From NCBI GenBank assembly GCA_951406725.2, contig OX597823.1, positions 80,972,001 through 81,036,000 on the forward strand: 64,000 nucleotides of DNA. The letters run 5' to 3'. Under the pieces are notes generated by a model. The model was not told the origin of the DNA. It searched no databases and worked only from the letters and a program-made list of their open reading frames with translations. The first letter of the stretch is position 1; every line of letters begins with the position of its first letter. A program made the position numbers and the translations under genes. This stretch comes from Octopus vulgaris (taxonomy: Eukaryota). This document shows, piece by piece, positions 1-64,000 of this stretch.

Positions 1-60
1 TTTTCTTAATTTATTTTCTGTAACATTTGTCATCAGAATATGTTTTCTTCGTTCTCATAG

Positions 61-62896
<62,836 letters not shown>

Positions 62897-64000
62897 GTAT
62901 GTAGCTTTTGAAATTTCCATTCTTGTGATATAAACATTGGTCAATGTCATAAAATATAAAGAATTTTATGAGGATATAAACTGTAATTGTTTATTCTGTT
63001 TGCTAAAAGTAACACATACTAATTTCTTTTTCTTGATTACAGAAGTATAGGTATTTTCTTTATACTTGCTAAATCTAGAAGAAGGGGCCATGCTCTTGGT
63101 TTTTTTTATAGGCCTGCCTAGACCGATTGGATTGGTGATATTTATGCTCCCCTCAAACCTTTGTAAGTCAACATCTGAAAAACATATGAGCCATGGAGGA
63201 AATCCAGAGGAATGGTATTATGGGTACAAAAAAGGATTGGGTATAGTGGTTAGTGTGAGGCCTGCAGGGAGGGAGTTGACAACAAAGGTGATAAGAGGAG
63301 GAAAGGTGAGTAGGGCAGCCATGCCCAAATGGAGGTGTAGCATGAGCTGAGCCAGCTCTGAGAAATAGAGGCCTTTGTAATGCTGGGAGAACAGGCAAAG
63401 ACGAAAGACTGTGCATGGAGAACAGAGGCTAGAGCATGTCTATGAGTGTTTTTTATGTCAATCAACTGAGTGGCCCTTTTTGGATGTGATTTCGGATGTC
63501 TGTGTACATAGCAGCTACCTCATCCCAAATGGGAGAGCAATACTGCATCATGGGCCTCACTTGAGCTTTATTGTGTATTACTAACTATTGGGGGGTGAAG
63601 TATCTTATGGTCTTAAAGAGAAAGGCAGGTTTTCAGTATACAATCCAAGTAGTGCCAAGACTGACCTTTATCAGGAAGATTATTCGTGATAGATGAACTC
63701 AATAATTAGAATGATTTGTGGGGCTTTAGCTGAGTGCTTCGCAAGATTAAAGAGTTTTCTGATTTGAGTAGCATTTTGTGTTTTATTACTGTTAGAAGAA
63801 AAGATAGTCAAATCTCAGTTGGAGACTCATCAATATTGTCTAACTTAAAACTCACATTTATGTTATTATAGGATGCTACACACGATTATAGTTTCATTAC
63901 AAAAGCATTATATATTAAACAAATTTATTTCACTATTGACATAAATGTGTTAGTTCAAATTTGCTTAGATTCTTGGTTTCTTTTATTCTTCAATTTTCTC

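Noticed and set aside
63066-63800. GC-richer stretch with short ORFs, possibly a decayed retroelement (minus-strand DEVAAMYTDI is weakly RT-like) or a new exon
   Set aside because: Too degenerate to classify, and no splice-bounded exon resembling the modules was found.

Overview
AT-rich eukaryotic genomic DNA with spliceosomal GT-AG introns and microsatellites. The tRNA-derived/CORE-like SINEs resemble octopus OK/OR families, so a cephalopod, probably Octopus, is inferred but not proven. The whole window is the interior of one very large plus-strand gene that no single ORF reveals. Reading splice sites by hand gives 70 exons (61..62896, 9111 nt, about 3037 codons) that join in frame, with no start or stop codon in the window. 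They encode 19 tandem copies of a ~134-aa domain resembling F5/8 type C (discoidin), each split over two exons, separated by Thr-rich linkers. Class A has 11 modules (61..30134) with two Thr/Pro linker exons each. Class B has 8 modules (37182..62896) with one 33-nt linker micro-exon each. The classes differ in the position of the intra-domain intron and in cysteine content. Class B alternates as a two-domain higher-order repeat, and class A contains a very recent ~2-kb tandem amplification. The introns carry a nearly intact CR1-clade LINE at the A/B boundary, many SINEs (one family shares a covarying 3' hairpin with that LINE), RTE, R4/Dong, mariner and Helitron remnants, several foldback elements, and a well-formed type I hammerhead ribozyme motif. 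Domain and transposon family names come from motif recognition only; no searches were run.
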